64,000 nt of DNA. Source: an uncultured Lachnospiraceae bacterium (lineage in GTDB: Bacteria > Bacillota > Clostridia > Lachnospirales > Lachnospiraceae). Location: the NCBI GenBank assembly GCA_947650155.1, contig CANSUS010000006.1, forward strand, positions 15,558 through 79,557, read 5' to 3'. Each line of letters begins with the position of its first letter. Positions within the stretch are counted from its first letter, which is position 1. Of the stretch, positions 55,335 through 64,000 are shown piece by piece. The notes under the pieces were generated by a model that did not search any database, was not told the origin of the DNA, and saw only the letters and a program-made list of their open reading frames with translations. The position numbers were made by a program, and so were the translations under genes.

Positions 55335-55931
55335 TTAGTTGACATCGTCTGTTTTTGCGGATGCAGCCAGATCGTCAAATTTCTTCATAACAGCGTCATA
55401 TGTCTGTCTCGAAATTTCCGGAAGGCTGCCGCCCCATGTCTTTTCAGCCTGTTTGTAACCTTTGATAAATGCATTGCGCATTTCCTCAACTTTACTCGGA
55501 TCTCCGCCTGTAAGTGCGGTTGCAAACTGAATAATACGATCGGAAGTCTTATTTACTCCCCAATAACCGTCTTCTGCAATATCTTTTTGAGCCTGTGCTT
55601 TTGTTGCAGGATCTACTTTGAAATCTCCTTTAGACAGGAAAGACCAAATGTCTGTTGCCTGTCCGTAAGTAGTGGACTGCTTTGTCATTAACTGCTCTAC
55701 AAGGCTCTTAAAGCGTGCAGTTCTTTCTTCAGCATCAGCTTTTAATTTTGCAACCATGTTTGTGTCGGTTTTGTAAGTTTTTTTAGAAGCAGACGACTCA
55801 TAAACGACACCGCTTGCCGGTTTCTTTGTCGTCGTTGTTTCCGCTGCCTTCTCAGTTGTTTTTGATGTCTGGTTGTATGCAGAATAGGTATCTGCTCCCG
55901 TAACTCCATTTACGTTCATACTCATGACCAT
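55335..55931 (-). CDS. Hypothetical protein (198 aa)
   Basis: Start moved to the ATG behind SD AAAGGAGA. I recognise no family. Confidence 0.55.
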   Translation of the reverse strand: MVMSMNVNGVTGADTYSAYNQTSKTTEKAAETTTTKKPASGVVYESSASKKTYKTDTNMVAKLKADAEERTARFKSLVEQLMTKQSTTYGQATDIWSFLSKGDFKVDPATKAQAQKDIAEDGYWGVNKTSDRIIQFATALTGGDPSKVEEMRNAFIKGYKQAEKTWGGSLPEISRQTYDAVMKKFDDLAASAKTDDVN

Positions 55932-56133
55932 TCTCCTTTCTAAGTCACTGGCAGGAAGTTTCTGACTTCCTTTATTTACCATCCGTGGTTTTATAAATAG
56001 TTCTTTGTTACTATTATATCGGCAGGGAAAGCTTACTAGATTACCCTTTTGATTGATTTTTCGGAAAAAATTGTATATAATTAAATACAATATCTTGTAT
56101 ACAAGAATAAGGAAGGCGGACACAGGACAGTTT

Positions 56134-57060
56134 ATGGAACAGTTGAAGGAAAAGGCATACGCTAAGATCAATCTTTCTTTGGACGTAGTAAAGCGCAGGG
56201 ATGATGGATATCATGAAGTAAAAATGATTATGCAGACGATTGGGATTTATGACGAGATTACAATAGAAAAATGCGAAAAAGGGATTTATGTTACAGTCAG
56301 CATGGGAGAAGATTTTAAGGGAGAGAGCCTTTCCGGTGATGAAAATAATCTTGTTTATAAGGCTGCAAAGCTTATCATGGACAGTTATGGAATGAAAGAA
56401 GGAGTAAAGATCCATTTGGAGAAACGAATTCCGATGGCAGCGGGAATGGCAGGCGGAAGTACAGATGCGGCAGCAGTATTCAGAGGAATGAATCAGTTGT
56501 TTGCATTGAATATGGATGCAGAACAGATGAAAAAAATGGCGGTGAAGATTGGTGCGGATGTTCCTTATTGTATAGAAGGAGGGACTATGTTATCTGAAGG
56601 CATCGGAGAGATTTTAACCCCCTTAAAGCAGGCGCCTGATTTCAAGCTGTTGATTGCAAAACCTGATATCAGCGTATCCACAAAATATGTCTATGAAAAT
56701 TTGGATTTACAGGCAGTAAAAAAGCATCCTGATGTGGACGGAATGGTTTTTGCAATTGAAAATGGGGACAGGGATGGAATTTTGAAACGGATGGAGAACG
56801 TGCTTGAGAATGTGACATTGAATCAATACCCTGTCATTCGTGAGATTAAGACATGGATGATGGAAAACGGTGCACAGAATGCACTGATGAGCGGGAGTGG
56901 TCCTACGGTATTTGGAATATACAAAGATCAGAAAAGTGCAGAAGAAGCGGCCAGACTGTTAAGGGATAAAAAGCTTGCAAAGCAGATATTTACAACAACA
57001 ATTGCGGGATATGGAAAAGAGTCTGCTAAAGCAGACAGGAAAGAGGTGCGGGATGAATGA
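56134..57060 (+). CDS. ispE: 4-(cytidine 5'-diphospho)-2-C-methyl-D-erythritol kinase
   Basis: AYAKINLSLDV and PMAAGMAGGSTDAAA are GHMP kinase motifs. Confidence 0.9.
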   Translation: MEQLKEKAYAKINLSLDVVKRRDDGYHEVKMIMQTIGIYDEITIEKCEKGIYVTVSMGEDFKGESLSGDENNLVYKAAKLIMDSYGMKEGVKIHLEKRIPMAAGMAGGSTDAAAVFRGMNQLFALNMDAEQMKKMAVKIGADVPYCIEGGTMLSEGIGEILTPLKQAPDFKLLIAKPDISVSTKYVYENLDLQAVKKHPDVDGMVFAIENGDRDGILKRMENVLENVTLNQYPVIREIKTWMMENGAQNALMSGSGPTVFGIYKDQKSAEEAARLLRDKKLAKQIFTTTIAGYGKESAKADRKEVRDE

Positions 57061-57748
57061 TAACCTTCAAATGAACGGCGACGAGTTTTTACCGCTCAGA
57101 GATGTTGTTTTTAATACATTGAGACAGGCGATTCTGACAGGGGAATTAAAACCGGGAGAACGTTTGATGGAAATTCATCTTGCGAATAAGCTTGGGGTGA
57201 GCAGAACGCCAATCAGGGAAGCTATACGGAAACTGGAACTGGAAGGTCTGGTGACGATGATTCCGAGACGCGGTGCAGAGGTGGCGGAGATAACGGAAAA
57301 GAGCCTGAAGGATGTTTTGGAAGTCAGAAGAACGTTAGATGCCTTGTGCGCGGAACTGGCTTGTGATAGAATCAGTGACGGGGAACTGGAAGCGCTCAGG
57401 ATGGCGTGCCTTAAATTTGAAGAGGCGACAAAAACGAAAGATGCACGTATTATAGCGAAGGCAGATGTGTCATTACATGATATTATTGTAAAAGCAACAG
57501 GAAACCAGAGGCTGATTCAGCTTGTAAATAATTTGTCAGAACAGATGTACAGATACCGTTTTGAGTATATTAAAGATGAAAGTGGTCATGCAAACCTGAT
57601 TGACGAGCATAGAATCATATATGAGAGTATAAGAAAGAAGGATAAAGAGACGGCAGCCAATGCTGCGAAGCTGCATATAGACAATCAGGAAAAATCAGTT
57701 ATGAAACAGATACAGATTGAAAAACAGGAAAGAGGCAGAAGAAAATAA
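57053..57748 (+). CDS. GntR family (FadR/FCD-type) transcriptional regulator
   Basis: LANKLGVSRTPIREAIRKLELEGLV HTH plus an FCD-like C-terminus. ATGAATGA overlaps the ispE stop. Confidence 0.85.
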   Translation: MNDNLQMNGDEFLPLRDVVFNTLRQAILTGELKPGERLMEIHLANKLGVSRTPIREAIRKLELEGLVTMIPRRGAEVAEITEKSLKDVLEVRRTLDALCAELACDRISDGELEALRMACLKFEEATKTKDARIIAKADVSLHDIIVKATGNQRLIQLVNNLSEQMYRYRFEYIKDESGHANLIDEHRIIYESIRKKDKETAANAAKLHIDNQEKSVMKQIQIEKQERGRRK

Positions 57749-57814
57749 AAATTGAATAGAAGTAAAAGATCTGAACCATACTCTTTGTAAAGGATAAGAA
57801 ACGGAGGAGTTAAG

Positions 57815-58042
57815 GTGAAACAATTACGATCTTTTATTTCGTTGATATTTATTGGGATTTTATGGTGGGGACTTATTTATCCCGATCTTTGCTTCGTAGA
57901 GGGAACTTATGAAACTGCTGCAGGAATTTCGGCACAGATTTTTGGAAAACAGGAAGAGAAAACGGACGAGGAGGCTTTTAAAGATCTTTTGGAAGCAGGA
58001 CCGGACAGAATAATCATAAAAAGTAAAATAATGAGGAAATGA
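57815..58042 (+). CDS. Small membrane protein (75 aa)
   Basis: GTG behind SD GGAGGAG, one TM helix, and a stop overlapping the murI start. Confidence 0.45.
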   Translation: MKQLRSFISLIFIGILWWGLIYPDLCFVEGTYETAAGISAQIFGKQEEKTDEEAFKDLLEAGPDRIIIKSKIMRK

Positions 58043-58884
58043 ATTCAATGACAGGCGATAGAGAACAACTTATGGCTGCACCGGTGGGGGTATTTGATTC
58101 CGGAGTGGGCGGATTGACGGTGGCAAGGGAGATCATGCGTCAGATTCCTAATGAAAAAATTGTATATTTCGGAGATACGGCAAGAGTACCTTATGGGAGT
58201 AAATCCCGTGATACGGTTACCAGATATTCCAGACAGATTGTCCGGTTTTTGCAGGCGCAGAAAGTAAAAGCGATTGTAGTTGCCTGCAATACGGCAAGCG
58301 CATATGCGCTGGATGAACTGGAAAAGGAGATAGACATTCCGATACTGGGTGTAGTGAAACCCGGTGCAAAAGTAGCTGCTGAGGCTACAAAAAATGGAAA
58401 AATCGGTGTGATTGGTACGGAGGGGACGATAAACAGTCATATATATGCTACATACATCAGGCAGATCAATGAATCTATAAATGTGATTGGAAAAGCATGC
58501 CCGCTTTTGGTTCCGCTTGTCGAAGAGGGACTTTTAAAAGATCCGGTTACGGATGAAATTGCCATGCGTTATTTAAACGAGCTGATTGATCTGGATATTG
58601 ATACTTTGATATTAGGATGCACTCATTATCCGCTAATCCGCTCTACAGTAGGAAAGATTATGGGGGATAAGGTGACATTAGTCAATCCGGCTTATGAAAC
58701 GGCAAGGGAATTAAAAGAGCTGTTGTTTGCGGAAGGGCTGCTGAATCAGAAAGAAATGAGTTTGGGGGAAAATAAATATCGTTTTTTTGTCAGTGACGGA
58801 GCGGAAAAATTTCAACAGTTTGCTACTTCTATTCTAAAATATGGTATACTGTCAGCGAAAACAGTAAATATAGAAGACTACTAA
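58039..58884 (+). CDS. murI: Glutamate racemase
   Basis: VGVFDSGVGGLTV, VACNTAS and GCTHYP motifs. Confidence 0.9.
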   Translation: MNSMTGDREQLMAAPVGVFDSGVGGLTVAREIMRQIPNEKIVYFGDTARVPYGSKSRDTVTRYSRQIVRFLQAQKVKAIVVACNTASAYALDELEKEIDIPILGVVKPGAKVAAEATKNGKIGVIGTEGTINSHIYATYIRQINESINVIGKACPLLVPLVEEGLLKDPVTDEIAMRYLNELIDLDIDTLILGCTHYPLIRSTVGKIMGDKVTLVNPAYETARELKELLFAEGLLNQKEMSLGENKYRFFVSDGAEKFQQFATSILKYGILSAKTVNIEDY

Positions 58885-58915
58885 GGAAACAGAGTAACAG
58901 GGAGGATTTCTCGGA

Positions 58916-59359
58916 ATGAAAAAGGACGTATTGTTAGCGATCAAAGGGCTTCAGTTTGAACCGGATCAGGATGAAAGCAAAGTGGAAACCATTAATTTTG
59001 CAGAATACTATAATAAAAATGACCAACATTATGTGATCTATGATGAAATAACGGAAGGATTCCATGAGAGTACGAAAAACATTATAAAGTTTAAAGAGCA
59101 TTCCCTTGATCTTACGAAACGGGGACTTGTCAACGTACATATGGTCTTTGAAGAAAATAAGAAAAACATGACCAATTATTCTACTCCATATGGAAACATA
59201 TTAATCGGGATCGATGCAAAAAAGGTGACCTGCACGGAAAAAGAAGAACAGATCATGGTGGATGTGGAGTATGCTTTAGAAGTAAATTACGAATATCTCG
59301 CGGATTGTAAGATTCAAATGAATATTTGTGCAAAAGAGTCCGGGATGGAATTAAAGTAA
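58916..59359 (+). CDS. DUF1934 (YwiB-like) beta-barrel protein
   Basis: Size and pattern (LLAIKGLQFEPDQDE...HYVIYDE...) are typical of the DUF1934 family. Confidence 0.6.
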   Translation: MKKDVLLAIKGLQFEPDQDESKVETINFAEYYNKNDQHYVIYDEITEGFHESTKNIIKFKEHSLDLTKRGLVNVHMVFEENKKNMTNYSTPYGNILIGIDAKKVTCTEKEEQIMVDVEYALEVNYEYLADCKIQMNICAKESGMELK

Positions 59360-59390
59360 TCTATCAGGTCCGATCGATTGGGCAGAAAAG

Positions 59391-59425
59391 AAAGGGAACT
59401 GTTAAAAATCTGACAGTTCCCTTTT
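59391..59425. terminator. Bidirectional intrinsic terminator
   Basis: AAAGGGAACTGT-taaaaatctg-ACAGTTCCCTTTT. Confidence 0.8.
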
Positions 59426-59448
59426 CGTCTGTATTCTCTTTCCGTTTA

Positions 59449-59925
59449 TTATTTTAACGGCTTTGCACCTGCTTTTTCCTGCAGTTTTTCAATATTACGT
59501 TTAAAGAATCCTTTCTTTTTCTGTTCTACCGGTGCGAGTTTGCCGTGAAGCCCTTTTACATCTGTAATGTAAATACCGCTGACAACAGCCTTGACTTCTT
59601 TTTTTACAGGTACGGAATCAAAAATTTTCTCATCACAGACTAATGACATGATCTGTGGTCCGACCTTTGCTTTTACAATCGGTAGTTTTGAGCCCCGCAG
59701 CAGTTTTGGCGTCTGCTCAAGAACAATGGCAGGAAGTCCGGCATCTTTTAGCTTCATCCGTTTTTTATCAATGATGAGCATGGAGACTGTCTGTTTTGCC
59801 GCCTCCAGCTGTTCCTGCTGTTCAGCCTGTCTTTTCTGTGCTTTTTTGCCTACAAAATATAAAATTACAATACCAACAATTAAAACTGCTAAAATGACTA
59901 ATAATACAATTGACCATGTACTCAC
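59449..59925 (-). CDS. Hypothetical membrane-anchored protein
   Basis: GTG behind SD AGGAGGA, with an N-terminal TM helix. I recognise no family. Confidence 0.5.
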   Translation of the reverse strand: MSTWSIVLLVILAVLIVGIVILYFVGKKAQKRQAEQQEQLEAAKQTVSMLIIDKKRMKLKDAGLPAIVLEQTPKLLRGSKLPIVKAKVGPQIMSLVCDEKIFDSVPVKKEVKAVVSGIYITDVKGLHGKLAPVEQKKKGFFKRNIEKLQEKAGAKPLK

Positions 59926-60102
59926 GGGTATTCCTCCTAAGAACTTTGATGTACAAAATATTGTATCATCCTTTTTTTTATTAAGCAAGTAAAACAAGGG
60001 ATATTTGAGTCCTTAATGGGGAACTGCTTGAAGAAAAACTGTAAATGCGTTAATATGAATAGGAACTTTTTAAAGTGAAGCAAAAATGGAAAGGAAAGTC
60101 TG

Positions 60103-61587
60103 ATGGGAGATGTTTTCGAGAATATGATGTCTAATATCGGTTCAGTATGGCGGGTATTTTCTTCATATTTAATATTTATTAATATGTTTTTATCCATTGT
60201 AATTATTTTTTTTCAGAGAAAAAACCCTCAGTCTGTTTGGACATGGCTTCTGATTTTATATTTTATTCCGATTATTGGTTTTATTTTATATTTGCTGATC
60301 GGTATGGACATGCATAAGCAGAAGATGTTTAAAGTGAAAGAGATTGAAGACAATCTGAATGATATCATCAGATGGCAGGAGAATCACCTGATTAGCAGAG
60401 AATTGGAGAAAAAAGACCCGGAGATTATGGATTATTCTGATCTTGTTTTATATAATCTGGAAACAGGCCGGGCAGTTCTTACAGATGATAATGATATTAA
60501 GATCCTGACGGATGGAAATGAAAAATTTGATACGCTGATCGAGGACATGGAGAAGGCGGAAGATTTTATTCATATTCAGTATTACATTATAAAAGATGAC
60601 GTATTGTTTAACCGTATAAAAGAAGTATTGGTACGAAAGGTAAAACAAGGGGTGGAGGTGCGTCTTCTTTTTGACAGTATGGGATGCCGTTCCGTACCTT
60701 CCAGATATTGGAGAGAGCTAAAAAAAGAGGGTATTTTTATAGCGGAGTTTTTCCCGGCAGTCCTGGGCAGGTTTCAGCTGCGTATGAATTACCGTAATCA
60801 TCGCAAAATTGTCGTCATTGATAATAATGTTGCATATGTGGGCGGATTTAACATAGGAAAAGAGTATATTGGGCTGGATGAAAGATTCGGCTATTGGAGA
60901 GATACGCATCTGCGTATTGAAGGAAGTGCGATTATAACACTAAATACCCGGTTTCTGCTGGACTGGAATTATGCTGCCAAGGAAAATCTTCTGATTAATG
61001 ACAGATATTTCGGGCTGCCGCAGAGAAGACATCCGCAGGGGTGTGAAATGCAGATTATATCCAGCGGACCGGATTCACGGATGGAAAATATCCGTGATAA
61101 TTATCTGCGTTTAATTGGAAAAGCCAAAAAAAATATTTATATCCAATCTCCCTATTTTATACCAGATGATGCCGTGCTGGCGGCGCTGATTGTTGCCGTA
61201 TATTCAGGAATAGAGGTTAACATTATGATTCCCTGTAAGCCGGATCATCCATTTGTATATTGGGCAACCTATTCCTATATTGGTGAACTGGTCATGGCAG
61301 GTGCAAACTGTTATACCTATAATAAAGGTTTTCTGCATTCCAAAGGAATTGTGGTAGACGATAAAGTTTTTTGTTATGGTACTGCCAATATGGATATCCG
61401 AAGCTTTGCACTGAATTTTGAAGTGAATGCCATTGTTTACAGTGAAGAAAAGGCGAAAGAAATGAGAGAGTTTTTTGAAAAAGATCTGGAGCATTGCAGT
61501 CAGATTACAAAAGACGTCTATGCCAGCCGTTCTCTTCTGATCCGCGTGAAGGAACAGGGAAGCAGGCTGCTTTCCCCGCTTTTATGA
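60103..61587 (+). CDS. cls: Cardiolipin synthase
   Basis: Two N-terminal TM helices and two HKD motifs (HRKIVVID and HSKGIVVDD). Confidence 0.9.
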   Translation: MGDVFENMMSNIGSVWRVFSSYLIFINMFLSIVIIFFQRKNPQSVWTWLLILYFIPIIGFILYLLIGMDMHKQKMFKVKEIEDNLNDIIRWQENHLISRELEKKDPEIMDYSDLVLYNLETGRAVLTDDNDIKILTDGNEKFDTLIEDMEKAEDFIHIQYYIIKDDVLFNRIKEVLVRKVKQGVEVRLLFDSMGCRSVPSRYWRELKKEGIFIAEFFPAVLGRFQLRMNYRNHRKIVVIDNNVAYVGGFNIGKEYIGLDERFGYWRDTHLRIEGSAIITLNTRFLLDWNYAAKENLLINDRYFGLPQRRHPQGCEMQIISSGPDSRMENIRDNYLRLIGKAKKNIYIQSPYFIPDDAVLAALIVAVYSGIEVNIMIPCKPDHPFVYWATYSYIGELVMAGANCYTYNKGFLHSKGIVVDDKVFCYGTANMDIRSFALNFEVNAIVYSEEKAKEMREFFEKDLEHCSQITKDVYASRSLLIRVKEQGSRLLSPLL

Positions 61588-61736
61588 GTGGTTTCTATTA
61601 AAAATGTGTGAACTTATCGGGGAAAAGCTTTCACAGGGTATTTATTTATGTTATGATAAGAAACGTTGGAAACGGAAATGTTCACTTATAAAAGAATACA
61701 GTAAGTATGCCAGGGAAAGGAATCGGTTAGATTATT

Positions 61737-62921
61737 ATGAAAAAAAAAGTATTATATTTTTTTACGGCAGTTATGAGTGCCGTAATAGTAAGCGCATGTG
61801 GTAAAGAGCCTTCTGAAAAGGTGGAGAGTTCTGAGGCAGTTGGTACAGAAAGCGCGGACAAAACGGAGAATACGGATACAGAACAAAGTGAATCAGGCAC
61901 AGAAACACAGTCAGACTATCTGGCATTAAAAGATATGGATGTGGAAAGCCGCGTGACATTGAATGAGTATACGGGGATGTCAGTGACTTTACAGAGTCCG
62001 TCCGTAAGCGAGGAAGAGGTTGATGCATATATTGCGGATGCACTTGGAGCGCTGGCCGGTAAAGAAGAAGTGGCCATATTGGACAGAGCGGTGGAAGAAG
62101 GAGACAGAGTAAATATCAACTATGCAGGAACGGTAGACGGGGTAGCTTTTACAGGCGGTACGGACGATTCTGAGGAAGGTACGAATCTTACAGTTGGCGC
62201 AGGCGGATTTGTTCCGGGGTTCGAGGAAGGGATTATCGGAGTTATGCCCGGAGAGACTGTGGATGTAAATGTGACATTTCCGGAAGACTATCATGAAGAA
62301 CTGGCGGGAAAAGACGCGGTATTTGCGATTACGGTAAATGGGATTGCGCCGTCCGAGCTGACGGAGGAATTGCTTTCCTACCTTAATACAGAAATGACTA
62401 CGATTGAAGAATACAGACAATTCGTGTATGATAAACTTATGAAAAGTAAACAGGATGAGTTTGACTATTATTATGACAATCAGGTTGAGGACGCCATTAT
62501 ATCCACTCTGATAGAAGAATGTACCTATATGGAAGTTCCGGAAGAACTCGTGGAACGGTATCATTCCAATATTGTCAATAATCTGACAGTGACTGCAAAC
62601 AGGTACGGAGTAGATCTGGAGACCTATGGATTTTTGGCATATGGCATGCTGAGCTTGGAAGATTTTGAAAAATTGATGGAAAGCTGGGCGGAACAGTCTG
62701 CAAAACAGGCGGTTGCATTCCAGGCAATTGCCAATATAGAAGATTTAAATGTCAGCGACGAGAAATTGGATGAAGAATTAGAAAGTACGGCTGCAAGTTA
62801 TGGACTTGGTTCGGTTGATGAATTTTTGAATGGCGGCTCGAAAGAAGAATACAGAGAATATCTTATGTTTGAAAATGTAATCAATTTCCTGAGAGAACGC
62901 ACTCAGGTAACGGTAGAATAA
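61737..62921 (+). CDS. Lipoprotein with a trigger-factor-like FKBP PPIase domain and C-terminal chaperone domain
   Basis: Lipobox VSACGK. VNINYAGTVDGVAFTGG...GAGGFVPGFEEGIIGM...VTFPEDY matches the trigger factor PPIase block. The helical C-terminal region also resembles trigger factor. Confidence 0.65.
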   Translation: MKKKVLYFFTAVMSAVIVSACGKEPSEKVESSEAVGTESADKTENTDTEQSESGTETQSDYLALKDMDVESRVTLNEYTGMSVTLQSPSVSEEEVDAYIADALGALAGKEEVAILDRAVEEGDRVNINYAGTVDGVAFTGGTDDSEEGTNLTVGAGGFVPGFEEGIIGVMPGETVDVNVTFPEDYHEELAGKDAVFAITVNGIAPSELTEELLSYLNTEMTTIEEYRQFVYDKLMKSKQDEFDYYYDNQVEDAIISTLIEECTYMEVPEELVERYHSNIVNNLTVTANRYGVDLETYGFLAYGMLSLEDFEKLMESWAEQSAKQAVAFQAIANIEDLNVSDEKLDEELESTAASYGLGSVDEFLNGGSKEEYREYLMFENVINFLRERTQVTVE

Positions 62922-62975
62922 AAAAAAGTTCAGTATGAACAGAAGCCGAAAGTGAAGGAAGAGAGGTATAAAAAG

Positions 62976-64000
62976 GTGGAACTAACAGAAATCAGAGATT
63001 TATATCGCAATACGGAGCAATATGCGGATCAAGAGGTTACCGTAGGCGGATGGGTACGAAGTAACAGGGATTCAAAGACATTTGGATTTATTGTAATCAA
63101 TGACGGAACTTTTTTTGAACCTTTGCAGATCGTATACAGCGACGGGCTTGAAAATTTTGAAACAATATCCAAATTAAATGTAGGAAGCGCAATCGTAGTA
63201 AAAGGAAAGATTGTTTTGACGCCGCAGGCAAAGCAGCCTTTTGAAATGCAGGCAGCGGAAATTATTTTGGAGGGCGCTTCTTCTGCAGACTACCCGCTTC
63301 AGAAAAAACGTCATAGTTTTGAATATTTGAGAACCATTTCGCATCTGCGTCCCAGAACGAATACCTTTCAGGCAGTTTTCAGAGTGAGATCTCTTTGTGC
63401 ATATGCCATTCATTCCTTTTTTATGGAAAGAGGATTTGTGTATGTGCATACACCGTTGATTACGGGAAGCGACTGTGAAGGCGCCGGGGAAATGTTTCAG
63501 GTTACCACACTGGACATGACGAATCCGCCGCTTACGGAGGACGGAAAAATTGATTACAGTCAGGACTTTTTCGGAAAAGAGACGAATCTTACCGTAAGCG
63601 GGCAGTTGAATGTGGAAACTTATGCGTTTGCCTTTAAAAATGTATATACTTTTGGACCGACGTTCCGTGCGGAAAATTCCAATACAACAAGACATGCGGC
63701 AGAATTTTGGATGATCGAGCCGGAAATTGCATTTGCAGATCTGAAAGATGATATGATCCTTGCAGAAGCAATGTTAAAATATGTGATCCGGTATGTGCTG
63801 GATCATGCACCGGAAGAGATGAATTTTTTTAATCAGTTTGTAGATAAGGGACTGATTGACAGATTGAATCATGTATTAAATTCAGACTTTGGACATGTGA
63901 CTTATACGGAAGCAATTGAGATATTGGAAAAGCACAATGAGGAATTTGAATATAAAGTATTTTGGGGATGTGACTTACAGACAGAGCATGAACGTTATTT
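62976..64000 (+). CDS. asnS: Asparagine--tRNA ligase (3' end outside the window)
   Basis: The frame is open to the window end, so it is absent from the ORF track. GTG behind [27 protein letters not shown] is the OB domain. [10 protein letters not shown] and [21 protein letters not shown] are class II motifs. Confidence 0.9.
   Translation, partial: MELTEIRDLYRNTEQYADQEVTVGGWVRSNRDSKTFGFIVINDGTFFEPLQIVYSDGLENFETISKLNVGSAIVVKGKIVLTPQAKQPFEMQAAEIILEGASSADYPLQKKRHSFEYLRTISHLRPRTNTFQAVFRVRSLCAYAIHSFFMERGFVYVHTPLITGSDCEGAGEMFQVTTLDMTNPPLTEDGKIDYSQDFFGKETNLTVSGQLNVETYAFAFKNVYTFGPTFRAENSNTTRHAAEFWMIEPEIAFADLKDDMILAEAMLKYVIRYVLDHAPEEMNFFNQFVDKGLIDRLNHVLNSDFGHVTYTEAIEILEKHNEEFEYKVFWGCDLQTEHERY

Noticed and set aside
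1-64000. A search for tRNA, rRNA, transposase, integrase, phage or CRISPR-Cas genes that would mark a mobile island.
   Set aside because: None was recognised. There are no GGTTCGAATCC-type T-arm motifs, no DDE or tyrosine/serine recombinase-like ORFs, and no spaced repeat arrays. The window appears to be chromosomal backbone with a few small accessory inserts.

Overview
This 64-kb window reads like the chromosome of a spore-forming Clostridia, probably Lachnospiraceae-like; that is inferred from gene content and sporulation promoter motifs. It holds about 50 protein genes, mostly core housekeeping. These include spoVT, pncB, a PPi-type phosphofructokinase, ileS behind an Ile T-box leader, glgP, an aconitase-family hydratase, spoIID with a spoIIQ-like gene, ddl-murF, plsC, pyrC-pyrK-pyrD, eutH, ispE, murI, cls and a 3'-truncated asnS. 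I saw no rRNA, tRNA, CRISPR array, transposase or integrase. The most unusual region is 11.6-13.9 kb. It contains a four-gene operon of small uncharacterised proteins, two of them paralogs. That operon is followed by a stand-alone unit made of a near-consensus promoter, three tandem 34-36 nt hairpin repeats and a strong intrinsic terminator. The layout resembles a type III antitoxin RNA, but no recognisable toxin is present. Other notable items are a 165-nt element closed by a 33-38 bp inverted repeat (28389-28553) and a two-hairpin 5' leader motif found upstream of three unrelated genes. There is also an ABC-F ATPase behind a long attenuator-type leader, a sigma-D-like promoter followed by a terminator, and an AT-rich two-gene secreted-protein islet. 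All family assignments come from motif recognition by eye; no database search was possible.
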